Source of the DNA: a virus
IMG/VR virus record: IMGVR_UViG_3300034111_001103
Coordinates: 96,001 to 160,000 of that record
DNA length: 64,000 nt
Direction: 5' to 3' (one strand)
Below are positions 9,160 through 18,634 of this stretch, one piece after another; position 1 is the first letter of the stretch; every line of letters starts with the position of its first letter. Made by a program: the position numbers and the translations under genes. Below the pieces are notes generated by a model that was not told the DNA's origin, searched no databases, and was given only the letters and a program-made list of their open reading frames with translations.

Positions 9160-10143
9160 ATGAATTTACCACAAAGAGAACAGACAAACACAGAAAAGAA
9201 ATTATATGTAGGGTATGGAGAATCTACATTAGTAGGAATTAATCCTACAAAAGAAGAACTTATGACATTATTAGGCATAGATAATGAAGAAACTATTGCT
9301 AAATTTAAAGATCCTGAATATACAGGAGAAACTACAGAAGGAGATAAATACTTCAGATTAGCTTTTTATGTTAGAAATACAAGAACAGAACAAATAGATC
9401 AATTGAGTTTTCAAGTAACAGACAAAGAAAGAGTATCTAAAGAAGGTAAACCAGAATGGGTTAATCAATTGGGAGCTAATCAATGGGCTATAACAGAAGA
9501 TGAATTATGGGATAATTTTAAATCTTTTAGTAAAGTATTAAGTTGGAAAAATGTAGATGGTAGTGTTACAGAAAAATATAATGCTGGAGCTAAACCAGAA
9601 AAAGTAGATAATTTAGGAGATAAAGTATTTAGAAAAGCTTTAGAAGGAGAAGTTGCTGTATATAGCTTTATGATTAATATGTTTAATTTAGATATATATA
9701 GTCAAGATTTAAATCTTTTATTAGATATACCTACTATGCTAAAAGGAAACTTTAAATCACTAAGAAAGACTCTAATGGACATCAGATTTGATGTTAGTGG
9801 AAATGAAAAAACTGTAGTATGTTCTTATGGAGTTAAGTTGAAAGATGATGGAACTCCTGTACAAACTGTTTATAACAGAGCATTTTTACCTGGATATATG
9901 TTTAAAAATGTAAAAGCTTATAATCTAGACCCTACTAAATTAGCTTCTTTAGTACAAGTTAAAGAAGCTAAATCTAGAAAAATTACTCCAGTAGAAACAT
10001 TTTTAATAGACACTATGGATGAAATAAATGGATTTAGAAAAAGTAGCTATTTCTTACCACAGGAAATAGATATTTATGACTCTTCAAAAAACTTTTTAGC
10101 TTCTGGAGCAGTTGTAGCTAGTAGTACAAGTGATGATTATTAG
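9160..10143 (+). CDS. Putative single-stranded DNA-binding protein (crAss-like type)
   Basis: N-terminal KLYVG...GINPTKEEL motif recalled from crAss-like SSB candidates; acidic C-terminal tip (SDDY); lies between polA and the helicase and is followed by a terminator. Confidence 0.55.
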   Translation: MNLPQREQTNTEKKLYVGYGESTLVGINPTKEELMTLLGIDNEETIAKFKDPEYTGETTEGDKYFRLAFYVRNTRTEQIDQLSFQVTDKERVSKEGKPEWVNQLGANQWAITEDELWDNFKSFSKVLSWKNVDGSVTEKYNAGAKPEKVDNLGDKVFRKALEGEVAVYSFMINMFNLDIYSQDLNLLLDIPTMLKGNFKSLRKTLMDIRFDVSGNEKTVVCSYGVKLKDDGTPVQTVYNRAFLPGYMFKNVKAYNLDPTKLASLVQVKEAKSRKITPVETFLIDTMDEINGFRKSSYFLPQEIDIYDSSKNFLASGAVVASSTSDDY

Positions 10144-10167
10144 TAAATAAATTATATTAAGTCTTAG

Positions 10168-10207
10168 ACCCTCTTATATAATTTAAAAAGTATAAGAGGG
10201 TTTTTTA
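10168..10207 (+). terminator. Rho-independent terminator
   Basis: ACCCTCTTATAT / GTATAAGAGGGT stem followed by a T-run. Confidence 0.8.
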
Positions 10208-10235
10208 ATAATTATAATTAAAAAAAAACAAAACT

Positions 10236-10829
10236 ATGTACAACTTAGAAACTTTATTAAAAATAAAAGAACTAGGTTTATCTGTAAGGTATTATCTTCT
10301 ATTAAAATTAGTAGAAGATAATGCTCTTTTTAACTTTAGAGAAGAATATTTAGATATTATAGTAGGTATGAAAACTGAAGGTTTTCTAACAAATACTGAA
10401 GAATTAACTACTAAAGGTTATGAAATTTTAAAGGAAATAGAAGGTAAAAATGATACAAAAGGTATTAATTATCCTCTTTTACATAAAAAACTTCAAGATG
10501 AATTGTTTAAACTTACAGGAGAAAGACAATATAGAGTAGATGGTAAATATTCTTTTTTTCCAAATTTAAAAGATTTCACAGATAAACTTAAAAAAGTAGT
10601 TCTAAAATATAAACTAAAAGACTACAATAAAATAGAAACTATACTCTTAAATCACATAAGAAAAGCTGTAAAAGCTAATTTTAAATATATTCCTCTCTTA
10701 GGATACTATATAAGTAAAGATAGTAAGAGTATGTTAGTAGATGATTATGAGAATTATGATGGAAAAGAAAATACAACTATTCAAGCTAATCACAATACAA
10801 GTACACCAATAAACACATTTGATATATAA
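10236..10829 (+). CDS. Hypothetical protein, possibly a replication initiator or helicase loader
   Basis: wHTH-like ELTTKGYEIL segment; translationally coupled to the DnaB gene. Function inferred from position only. Confidence 0.5.
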   Translation: MYNLETLLKIKELGLSVRYYLLLKLVEDNALFNFREEYLDIIVGMKTEGFLTNTEELTTKGYEILKEIEGKNDTKGINYPLLHKKLQDELFKLTGERQYRVDGKYSFFPNLKDFTDKLKKVVLKYKLKDYNKIETILLNHIRKAVKANFKYIPLLGYYISKDSKSMLVDDYENYDGKENTTIQANHNTSTPINTFDI

Positions 10830-11962
10830 TGATAGATTATTTTGATGATTTAGAGAAAGAAATAACAGAAGGATTAAATAAAGAACTTATTTCAATGGGT
10901 TTTGATAGATTAAATTATCATATAGGGTTAAGAAAAGCTACTTATTACCTAATAGGAGGTTTTACAGGTTCAGGAAAAACTACATTTTTAGATGATGCTT
11001 TTGTATTAAATCCTTATGAGTTTGTTTTATCTCCTAAAAATACTAAAGGATTGAAGTTAAAAATCTTCTATTTTTCTATGGAAAGAAGAAAAAACTACAA
11101 AATAGCTAAATGGATAAGTAGAAAAATATTTACTGATACAGGTCAAATTATATCTGTAAATAAGATTTTAGGTTGGGTTTCTAAAGAAAATAAATTAACT
11201 GCTGAAGAACTAGAAATAGTAAAATCTTACAAAGATTATATAAATACTATGTTAAATAATGTAGTTACTATTATAGAAAATCCTCAAAATCCTATGGGTA
11301 TTAAAAAAACTATAGATGCTTATGCTGAAGCTAATGGTAAAAAAGTAAAAATAGATGAACATAATTATAAATATATCCCTAATGACCCTAATGAGCATGT
11401 TATAGTAATTTATGACCATATTGGTTTACAAAAGAAAGAAACCAGAAGTTATCCTAATGGAGATAAAGTTAGATTATCCTCTAAAAAAGAAATTATAGAT
11501 CAATCTTCAGAAGATGCTAGAAAATTTAGAGATGTTTATGGTTATACTATAGTAAAAATATCTCAATTTAACAGAGATATATCTAACCCTATAAGATTAA
11601 AAAATGGAGATGTAGAACCTATGTTAGAGGACTTTAAAGATTCTGCATCAACACAAGAAGATAGTGAGGTATGTATAGCTTTATTTGATCCAATGAGATA
11701 TAAAATACCTGACCCTATTGGTTATAATTTAGAAAAATTAAGAAACTCTTATGGTAATAAAATGTATAGAAGTATTAAAATATTAAAGAATAGTTATGGC
11801 TCAGATGATGTCAGAATTGGACTTGCCTTTAATCCAGTAGTGGGAATCTTCAAAGAAATGCCTAAAGTTCAAGATACTACTGAAGAAACTTATAAATCTA
11901 TTATAGATAATACTTACTTTACACAAAGAAAATTAACACCTTTAAAAGAATTAAAACTATAA
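10829..11962 (+). CDS. dnaB: DnaB-like (SF4) replicative helicase
   Basis: GGFTGSGKT, FSME, IYDHIGL, SQFNR, DFKDSASTQED and ILKN motifs. Confidence 0.9.
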   Translation: MIDYFDDLEKEITEGLNKELISMGFDRLNYHIGLRKATYYLIGGFTGSGKTTFLDDAFVLNPYEFVLSPKNTKGLKLKIFYFSMERRKNYKIAKWISRKIFTDTGQIISVNKILGWVSKENKLTAEELEIVKSYKDYINTMLNNVVTIIENPQNPMGIKKTIDAYAEANGKKVKIDEHNYKYIPNDPNEHVIVIYDHIGLQKKETRSYPNGDKVRLSSKKEIIDQSSEDARKFRDVYGYTIVKISQFNRDISNPIRLKNGDVEPMLEDFKDSASTQEDSEVCIALFDPMRYKIPDPIGYNLEKLRNSYGNKMYRSIKILKNSYGSDDVRIGLAFNPVVGIFKEMPKVQDTTEETYKSIIDNTYFTQRKLTPLKELKL

Positions 11963-12831
11963 TGCAATTAGAACTTAAATATCAAAAGACTAAAACTCTT
12001 AATATTAAAGAGAATGGTAGGTCATCTGACTGGGTAACCCCCAATTTTATTATGGGATGCAATGCTGGATGTTCTAATAGTTATTGTTATACTAGAAGAT
12101 TTGGAAGAAAATATATTTATATTAATACTAATGTAGATGAAATATTAGAATCAATAAGACAACATTCTTTAAAATTAGGTACTAAAATCCCTAATCAAAC
12201 AGATTTAAAGTATTGGACTTTTGATGTGGGATGTGATGTAGATCTTAATTATCATTGGAAAGATTATAATTGGGATAAAGTATTAAAGTTTTTTACAGAA
12301 ACTCCTAATATTAAAGCTACTTTTGCTACTAAATTTGTTAATAATCAATTACTACCTTATGGTAATGAAAAACTAAGAATTAGATATAGTTTAATGCCTC
12401 AACATATGTCTGATATTTTAGAACCTAAAACTTTTAAAATAGAGAAAAGGATTGAAGCTATTAATAAATTTATAGAGCATGGTTGGGATGTACATATTAA
12501 TTTTAGTCCTATTGTATATACTAATACTTGGAAAAAAGATTATGAAGAATTATTTAAACTAATAGATCAGAAAGTATTATATAAAGATAAAGTAGCTTGT
12601 GAAGTTATATTTTTAACTCATAATCAAAACTTACATAATATTAATTTAGAACAAAATGCTATAGAAATAGAAAACCTACTTTGGAAACCAGAAATACAAG
12701 AAACTAAAATATCTCAATATGGAGGAGAAAATATTAGGTATCAATGGGAGTTTAAAAATCAATTAATTAATGAATTTAAAGAATTACATAATAATATCAT
12801 ACCTTGGTGTAATATTAGGTATATTTTTTAA
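11962..12831 (+). CDS. Spore photoproduct lyase-like radical SAM protein
   Basis: ENGRSSDWVTP, GCNAGCSNSYCY cluster motif, FDVGCDVD, FATK, RIRYSLMP, NFSPIV, EVIFLTH and the C-terminal IRYIF. Confidence 0.8.
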   Translation: MQLELKYQKTKTLNIKENGRSSDWVTPNFIMGCNAGCSNSYCYTRRFGRKYIYINTNVDEILESIRQHSLKLGTKIPNQTDLKYWTFDVGCDVDLNYHWKDYNWDKVLKFFTETPNIKATFATKFVNNQLLPYGNEKLRIRYSLMPQHMSDILEPKTFKIEKRIEAINKFIEHGWDVHINFSPIVYTNTWKKDYEELFKLIDQKVLYKDKVACEVIFLTHNQNLHNINLEQNAIEIENLLWKPEIQETKISQYGGENIRYQWEFKNQLINEFKELHNNIIPWCNIRYIF

Positions 12832-12852
12832 AATAAAAACATAAAAACTATT

Positions 12853-13152
12853 ATGATACAAACAACAGATCAATTATTTAACTATTATAAAGAACATGTT
12901 GCTTTAACAGAAGGACATTACGCTTATTTAATAGATAAAGAAGATTTTAAAGAAGCATTAAAAAAATTTGCTACTTTACATGTTGAAAAAGCATTAGAAC
13001 AAGCATTTTTAAATAGTGAAATGAGAGTTTCAGAAAATGATACAAATGAAACACCTGGTTTTACTAATAATTATGATGATGGTTATGTAACTATTACAGT
13101 AAGTAAAGATTCTATTTTAAATGCTTATAATATAGAAGAAAATATAAAATAA
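12853..13152 (+). CDS. Hypothetical phage protein
   Basis: 99 aa with FATLHVEKAL and KDSILNAY motifs. Confidence 0.7.
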   Translation: MIQTTDQLFNYYKEHVALTEGHYAYLIDKEDFKEALKKFATLHVEKALEQAFLNSEMRVSENDTNETPGFTNNYDDGYVTITVSKDSILNAYNIEENIK

Positions 13153-13682
13153 TGAAAGATAAATATACAATAGGTAATTATTATAAAATCCCTTGTATAG
13201 AATATAAAGAAGTTTATAATAGATTAGAGCAAGTAAAGTTATATGAGTTAAATATAGGTTATCCTACATATAAAAAATTTGAATATATTTATTATTTACC
13301 TGTTACTTCAGAAAAACCTCATAGTGATAGAGAAAATGGACAAAATTACTTACATTATCATGTAGATTATAGATTTGAATTTGGAGAAAAAAGTAAACAT
13401 TATTTATTTGAAGATAGTAATATTAGATTAGAACATACTAAAAATACTAAAATAGTCTATATGATGATGAAATGTATAAAAAAATCTAATGAATTTACCA
13501 CTCCTGTAAGTTATATAAAAAACTCTAAACTAAAACATAAATGTATAATAAAAGGTAAATGTCCTCACAGAGGTCAAAACTTAACTTTAGAACCTGATAT
13601 TAATGGAGTAATAACTTGTCCTAATCATGGTTTACAATTTGATGCTATAACTAAACAATTAATAACAAATAATGATAAATAA
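13152..13682 (+). CDS. Protein with a C-terminal Rieske-type [2Fe-2S] motif
   Basis: CPHRG...ITCPNHGLQFD fits CxH-x16-CxxH; an upstream H-x-D...HYHVDYRF His cluster is also present. Confidence 0.7.
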   Translation: MKDKYTIGNYYKIPCIEYKEVYNRLEQVKLYELNIGYPTYKKFEYIYYLPVTSEKPHSDRENGQNYLHYHVDYRFEFGEKSKHYLFEDSNIRLEHTKNTKIVYMMMKCIKKSNEFTTPVSYIKNSKLKHKCIIKGKCPHRGQNLTLEPDINGVITCPNHGLQFDAITKQLITNNDK

Positions 13683-13890
13683 CAAAGATTTACCAGGAAC
13701 AAATAGTGAAACTTTTAAAATTAGATTTACTGAAGATTGGTTTCAAAAAAGTGAAACAGGTATATACAATACTCATAAATTACTAATACTAGAAATACCT
13801 CATAAAAAATGGTATAAACAATTATTACAATTTATTAGTTTTGGACTATATGAAGCTCCTATTCAATACAAAGTAATACAAATTAAATAA
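13672..13890 (+). CDS. Hypothetical protein
   Basis: 72 aa ORF within the operon. Confidence 0.55.
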   Translation: MINNKDLPGTNSETFKIRFTEDWFQKSETGIYNTHKLLILEIPHKKWYKQLLQFISFGLYEAPIQYKVIQIK

Positions 13891-13897
13891 AATAAAA

Positions 13898-14737
13898 ATG
13901 AATTTAGTAACAAAAAGTAATAATGATTATATAGAACCTATTCCACATGACAATAATATTAATAGTATTATAAGTGATTTTAATGTGAAAGAGGAAAAAG
14001 TAGTTGTATTTGATGCTGATAGCTTACCTTTTATTTGTAGTTATCAGCCTAAAAATGATGAATTTGGTAATCCTACAGAATATTATACTAAAAAAAATGG
14101 GGGTTTTGATATAGCTGAAGGTATTTTAAATGAGAAATTATTAGGAATTTTTAACAAAATAGAAGAATATTTTACTATAAAAACCATTTATTTATGTGTA
14201 AAAGGTAATAATAATCCTAGAAAACAATGGTTAAGTTCTTATAAAACTCATAGACCAGAAACTCCAGAAATAGTTAACTATTTGCACAATATTCTTATAG
14301 AAAAACATAATGCTTTTATAGCTCCTATAGGAGAAGCTGATGATGCAATTAAAACATTAGTAGATACTTTAGGAGATAATGCTTTAATTTGTGGAATAGA
14401 CAAAGATTTATTAACTATTTCTGGATACCATTACAACTATTCTAAAGATTTTTATCAATATATTGATGAAAAAACAGCTAATTATAACTTTTGGACCCAA
14501 GTATTGATAGGAGATAGTACAGATTTTGAAAATCTAAGCCCAAAAATAGGTAAAAAATATGCAGAAAAAGTATTAGATATAGATATGACTGAAGAAGAAT
14601 ATAAAGAAGCTGTATATAATGGGTTTTTAAAAGCTTGGAAAGGAAATGTTGATTTAGCTAAAGAAAAGATGGAATTATCTTATAAATTAGTTAAATTATG
14701 GAATTTTAAAGAATTAGAAAATGTTGAAAATAAATAA
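13898..14737 (+). CDS. 5'-3' exonuclease / flap endonuclease (T7 gp6 or RNase H-like)
   Basis: FDADS, YKTHR, EADD, DKDL, GDSTD and KIGKK motifs. Confidence 0.9.
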   Translation: MNLVTKSNNDYIEPIPHDNNINSIISDFNVKEEKVVVFDADSLPFICSYQPKNDEFGNPTEYYTKKNGGFDIAEGILNEKLLGIFNKIEEYFTIKTIYLCVKGNNNPRKQWLSSYKTHRPETPEIVNYLHNILIEKHNAFIAPIGEADDAIKTLVDTLGDNALICGIDKDLLTISGYHYNYSKDFYQYIDEKTANYNFWTQVLIGDSTDFENLSPKIGKKYAEKVLDIDMTEEEYKEAVYNGFLKAWKGNVDLAKEKMELSYKLVKLWNFKELENVENK

Positions 14738-14740
14738 AAT

Positions 14741-15037
14741 ATGGAAAAACAAGAGCAAATAGATGTAATAATTGCACATCACATGGAGCTAATTAATAAA
14801 TTAGAACATGAAAAAGCTTTACTAGATTATAATATTATTAAGTCATTTAAAACAATGAATCAAGATAATATAGCCTTAATTTCTTATGAATTTTATGATT
14901 ATATGGATAAACAAATGAAAATATGTGATAAAATTAATGAAAAATATAAATATATGACAAAAGAAGTATATGAGCTGAATGAAGTTGATTTAAGATTAAT
15001 GAATAAAAATATTGATAATTATAATAAAAGTAAATAA
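14741..15037 (+). CDS. Hypothetical protein
   Basis: 98 aa ORF with AAAAT-ATG leader. Confidence 0.65.
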   Translation: MEKQEQIDVIIAHHMELINKLEHEKALLDYNIIKSFKTMNQDNIALISYEFYDYMDKQMKICDKINEKYKYMTKEVYELNEVDLRLMNKNIDNYNKSK

Positions 15038-15040
15038 AAT

Positions 15041-15487
15041 ATGAAATTAAGTAAAAAACCTACAGATTGGATTATAGCTACAGCAAATAATAATGATGAT
15101 TACTTTGTAAGTGACTTTATTATAATAAATGCAAAACAATGTATAGACTTTAAAGAAAGAATTATACCTATACTAGAAAATAATGGATTAAAAGGAGAAT
15201 ATTCTGAGCATGGAGTAATTATGTTTGAATTCTTTGACTCTAGTAATGAATATTACCCTATCATAAATGATTTTTTAGAAAATAATGAAGAAGGTTGGTC
15301 TTATATAGAATTAACAGATAAAGAATTTGAAGAAATACAAGAAAATTGTGTTATACTAGATAGTTGTGAAAATGAACTTAGAGTAGATTGTACTATTACT
15401 GGTATAGATAGAAGTGGATTTTCTTTTAAATCTTATGGAAAGTATTGTGGTACAGAACTTTATGCAAATTTACCTTTAAATATATAA
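15041..15487 (+). CDS. Hypothetical acidic protein
   Basis: 148 aa ORF with AAAAT-ATG leader. Confidence 0.7.
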   Translation: MKLSKKPTDWIIATANNNDDYFVSDFIIINAKQCIDFKERIIPILENNGLKGEYSEHGVIMFEFFDSSNEYYPIINDFLENNEEGWSYIELTDKEFEEIQENCVILDSCENELRVDCTITGIDRSGFSFKSYGKYCGTELYANLPLNI

Positions 15488-15513
15488 AATAATATTAGAT
15501 AAGAACCTTATAA

Positions 15514-15545
15514 TTTGGAATTATAAGGTTTAAGTCTTATATTTG
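15514..15545 (+). promoter_or_regulatory. Bacteroidota sigma70-type promoter overlapped by a 12 bp perfect inverted repeat
   Basis: TTTG (15514-17), N20, TATATTTG (15538-45). Inverted repeat AACCTTATAATT-tgg-AATTATAAGGTT at 15504-15530. Confidence 0.75.
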
Positions 15546-15566
15546 AAACTTAATTAAAAGAAAAAT

Positions 15567-15920
15567 ATGGAAGAAAAAATTAATTATTATTTAGTTTTAG
15601 AACAACAAACTCATTTTAATGGACATGGAGAACCTGAAGAAGGAAAACTCACTAAATTTATAACTACTAATAAATTATATGAGCAATTAATTGGTAAAGA
15701 AGGTGTTATGTTTTATGAAAATCCTGTAGAATCTTTTATAGAAGATTCTGTTTTTGTAAATATAGATAAACATTTTAGAAGTTTATTTGCTTTTCCTGAA
15801 GATAAACAAGCTCAAGATAGTTACCATTGCATTATGTATAGTTATGAAGTTAGTATTGTTTCTAAAGAAATGGCTGAAAAATTAACAGAAATTATTAAAT
15901 CTTATAAGAATATTAATTAA
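15567..15920 (+). CDS. Hypothetical protein
   Basis: 117 aa ORF directly downstream of the promoter. Confidence 0.7.
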   Translation: MEEKINYYLVLEQQTHFNGHGEPEEGKLTKFITTNKLYEQLIGKEGVMFYENPVESFIEDSVFVNIDKHFRSLFAFPEDKQAQDSYHCIMYSYEVSIVSKEMAEKLTEIIKSYKNIN

Positions 15921-15922
15921 AT

Positions 15923-16099
15923 ATGAATCAAAATCTAGAAGTAGGAAACTTAGAGTTAATAAAGTGGAAAGATAAACATGATATCCTTTTAGAAGAAATA
16001 TCTAATCTTTGGAAAGATATAAAAGATGCTATAGAAAGTAAAAACTTAAGGTTATTAGAAGAAAAGTTGAAGGATAGTGTAGAATTTATAAAAGAATAA
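15923..16099 (+). CDS. Small hypothetical protein, 58 aa, not in the ORF track
   Basis: MNQNLEVGNLELIKW... fills the gap before recA. Confidence 0.6.
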   Translation: MNQNLEVGNLELIKWKDKHDILLEEISNLWKDIKDAIESKNLRLLEEKLKDSVEFIKE

Positions 16100-16114
16100 A
16101 TTAAATAAAAAAAT

Positions 16115-17152
16115 ATGGCAAAAGAAGTAAAAAAAGAACAAAATATTGATGGTTTTCAATCAGAAATTGAAAAATTATTTGGGAAAGGAAGTATTATAAC
16201 AGCAAATGAAGAAATTCCTCCTGGAGATATTATTCCTTTAACCAGTTTAACATTATGTAATGCTTTGGGTAAAGGAGGATTTGCTAAAAATAAAATTATA
16301 GAAATTATTGGTTGGGAAAGTGCAGGAAAAAGTACTCTATCTTGTGATGCTATAGCAAATGATCAAAAAACATATGGAGATAATTGTCTTTTAATAGATA
16401 AAGAAAATAGTTTTGATAAATTTTATGCTGAAAGATTAGGAGTAAATTTAGATAAACTACAATTAGCCTATCCTAATTCTTTAGAAGATTGTTATAGTTT
16501 AATAGAAAAAGCACTAGACTCTAGACTTTTTGGTTTAATTGTAGTAGATTCTTTAACTTCTTTTCAACCTCAAGCAAGTTTAGATAATCCTGGAGGTGCT
16601 ATGGGTAAAGAAGCTAGAATTAATTCTGATAGAATGAGAATGGTTAATGATAAAGTTAGAAACTCTAATTGTTGTGTAGTATTTATTAATCAAATTAGAG
16701 AGAAGATAGGGATATTATTTGGAAGTCCAGAAACTACATCAGGAGGTAACGCATTAAAATTTTATGCTCATGTTAGAATTATGATTAGAAGAAAAGAAAT
16801 AAAAGCTGAAAATCAAACTAATACTATGCACTTTAAAATCATTAAAAATAAATTAGCTCCTCCTATGAAAGAAGCAGAAACTACTATTATTTGGGGTAAA
16901 GGTTTTGATAAAGAAAGTGAAATATTTTATTTAGCTAAAGATTTTGAAATTATTAAAAAACATGGTAAAAAAGTTACTTATAATGGGGAAATATTTGAAT
17001 TAAGTGATAAAGATGCTATGGATGAATATTATGCCTATTTAGATGAAAATCCTGACATTAAAAAAGAAATAGTAGATAAAGTGTTAGATAGATTAAATAA
17101 CCCAATAACAACAGAAGAAAATGGACAAATTAGTGAGGAAAAAGTACTTTAA
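16115..17152 (+). CDS. recA: RecA/UvsX recombinase
   Basis: GWESAGKST, IVVDS, FINQIREKIGILFGSPETTSGGNALKFYA and KNKLAPP motifs. Confidence 0.96.
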   Translation: MAKEVKKEQNIDGFQSEIEKLFGKGSIITANEEIPPGDIIPLTSLTLCNALGKGGFAKNKIIEIIGWESAGKSTLSCDAIANDQKTYGDNCLLIDKENSFDKFYAERLGVNLDKLQLAYPNSLEDCYSLIEKALDSRLFGLIVVDSLTSFQPQASLDNPGGAMGKEARINSDRMRMVNDKVRNSNCCVVFINQIREKIGILFGSPETTSGGNALKFYAHVRIMIRRKEIKAENQTNTMHFKIIKNKLAPPMKEAETTIIWGKGFDKESEIFYLAKDFEIIKKHGKKVTYNGEIFELSDKDAMDEYYAYLDENPDIKKEIVDKVLDRLNNPITTEENGQISEEKVL

Positions 17153-17360
17153 TGACTTAATAAATTTAAATGGTTCTAAAAATATGTTTAATTTTGGTTA
17201 CTTTAAAAATATAAGTTATAATGATAATGAATTTAGAAGATTATGCAACTATGTTAATCAAAAGTTTAGAGATATAGGAACTTTTTTAGATAAAGAAGAT
17301 GTTAATGATATAGAATTATTAAAAGAATCTAGAGAACAGGGATTAGAAAAAGAAGATTAG
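17121..17360 (+). CDS. Hypothetical protein
   Basis: 79 aa ORF overlapping the end of recA. Confidence 0.55.
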   Translation: MDKLVRKKYFNDLINLNGSKNMFNFGYFKNISYNDNEFRRLCNYVNQKFRDIGTFLDKEDVNDIELLKESREQGLEKED

Positions 17361-17367
17361 AAAATAT

Positions 17368-17973
17368 ATGATAGAAGAAAGAAAAAAAGTAAATTTACAT
17401 AGTCTTAGATATAATCTGGCTACTAAATACTTGATAAATACCTTAGATATTAATTCTAAAGGGGTTACTTTTAAGTTATTGAAAGAATTAGGATTTGTTA
17501 ATGCTTATCTTATAGATGTTGGATATGATCATAAAGTATCTGATACTTTAACTTTAATATTTTCTATTCCTAACTCTTTCAAAGATAATTTCTTTAACTT
17601 TATTAAAGAGTTAGAAAAAGATGTACCTAATTATCTTTTACATTATGAAATAGATATTAATACTTATGGGGTTCTTTTTAAAATATCTGAAAAATATAAA
17701 TATATAATACCTTTATTTTTAGAGGGTAAATATTCTAAATTTGGTAAAGGATATGCTGATTTTTTTAAAGAAGTTAGTGGAGGAAAAGTTAACTATTTAT
17801 CACAATATAAGATTATCCTAAAAGACAAGGATTATCAATATGCTTTAGAAAATAAAATAGGAGCAGATATAGGAGAACTAGATGATAGAGAATTAGATAG
17901 TTCTCCTGATGAAAAAGATTATATATTTGATTATGAACAACTTATAAAAGAACAAGAAAATGCAAGTAGATAA
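17368..17973 (+). CDS. Hypothetical phage protein
   Basis: 201 aa with GFVNAYL and FLEGKYSK motifs. Confidence 0.75.
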   Translation: MIEERKKVNLHSLRYNLATKYLINTLDINSKGVTFKLLKELGFVNAYLIDVGYDHKVSDTLTLIFSIPNSFKDNFFNFIKELEKDVPNYLLHYEIDINTYGVLFKISEKYKYIIPLFLEGKYSKFGKGYADFFKEVSGGKVNYLSQYKIILKDKDYQYALENKIGADIGELDDRELDSSPDEKDYIFDYEQLIKEQENASR

Positions 17974-18631
17974 CAAAGAAAACTTAATACTAAACATTAA
18001 TAATAAGACACAACTATATTCTGAACAAGAAGTTAAAAAAGCTTTAGAAGAATATGAAAAAAACAAAATAGCTACTAGTCAGGTTAGTTTTTGTGCTAAT
18101 CATGATAGAGATACTCAAGAAGCTATTAATGAATATTATAAAGCTCCTGAACAAGTAGTTTGGGATGCTAGACCTGGTATTAAAATGAGTAATGCTTACT
18201 TTCCAACAGCAATTCCAACAGCAAATTGGATAACTACACATACAGCAGAAAGAATTAAAACAGACCCTGTTGTAGAAGCTGTAAAACATGACAAAGATAA
18301 AGTTAAAATGGAATTGTTACCTCCTTATAGTTTAGAAAAGATTGCTAAAGTATTTACTTTTGGAGCTAATAAATATGAAGATTGGAATTATCTTAAAGGA
18401 GATGGGTTAAAATTAAGTAGAGTTTATGGTTCTTGTTTAAGACATTTAAATTCCTGGTATAAAGGAGAAGAATTAGATCCTGAAACAGGAGAAAATCATT
18501 TAATTCATGCAGGATGTTGTATTATTATGCTCATAGAACTAATAAATGCTAAAAACAATGATGATAGACCTAAACATTATGTAAAAGATAATAAAATAAG
18601 TAATTTATTAAATGTACATGAAATGGATTAA
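17960..18631 (+). CDS. dATP/dGTP diphosphohydrolase-domain protein (DUF5664-like) with an N-terminal extension
   Basis: KHDKDK..ELLP, FGANKYEDWNY, RHL and DPETGENHLIHA motifs. Confidence 0.8.
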   Translation: MQVDNKENLILNINNKTQLYSEQEVKKALEEYEKNKIATSQVSFCANHDRDTQEAINEYYKAPEQVVWDARPGIKMSNAYFPTAIPTANWITTHTAERIKTDPVVEAVKHDKDKVKMELLPPYSLEKIAKVFTFGANKYEDWNYLKGDGLKLSRVYGSCLRHLNSWYKGEELDPETGENHLIHAGCCIIMLIELINAKNNDDRPKHYVKDNKISNLLNVHEMD

Positions 18632-18634
18632 AAA

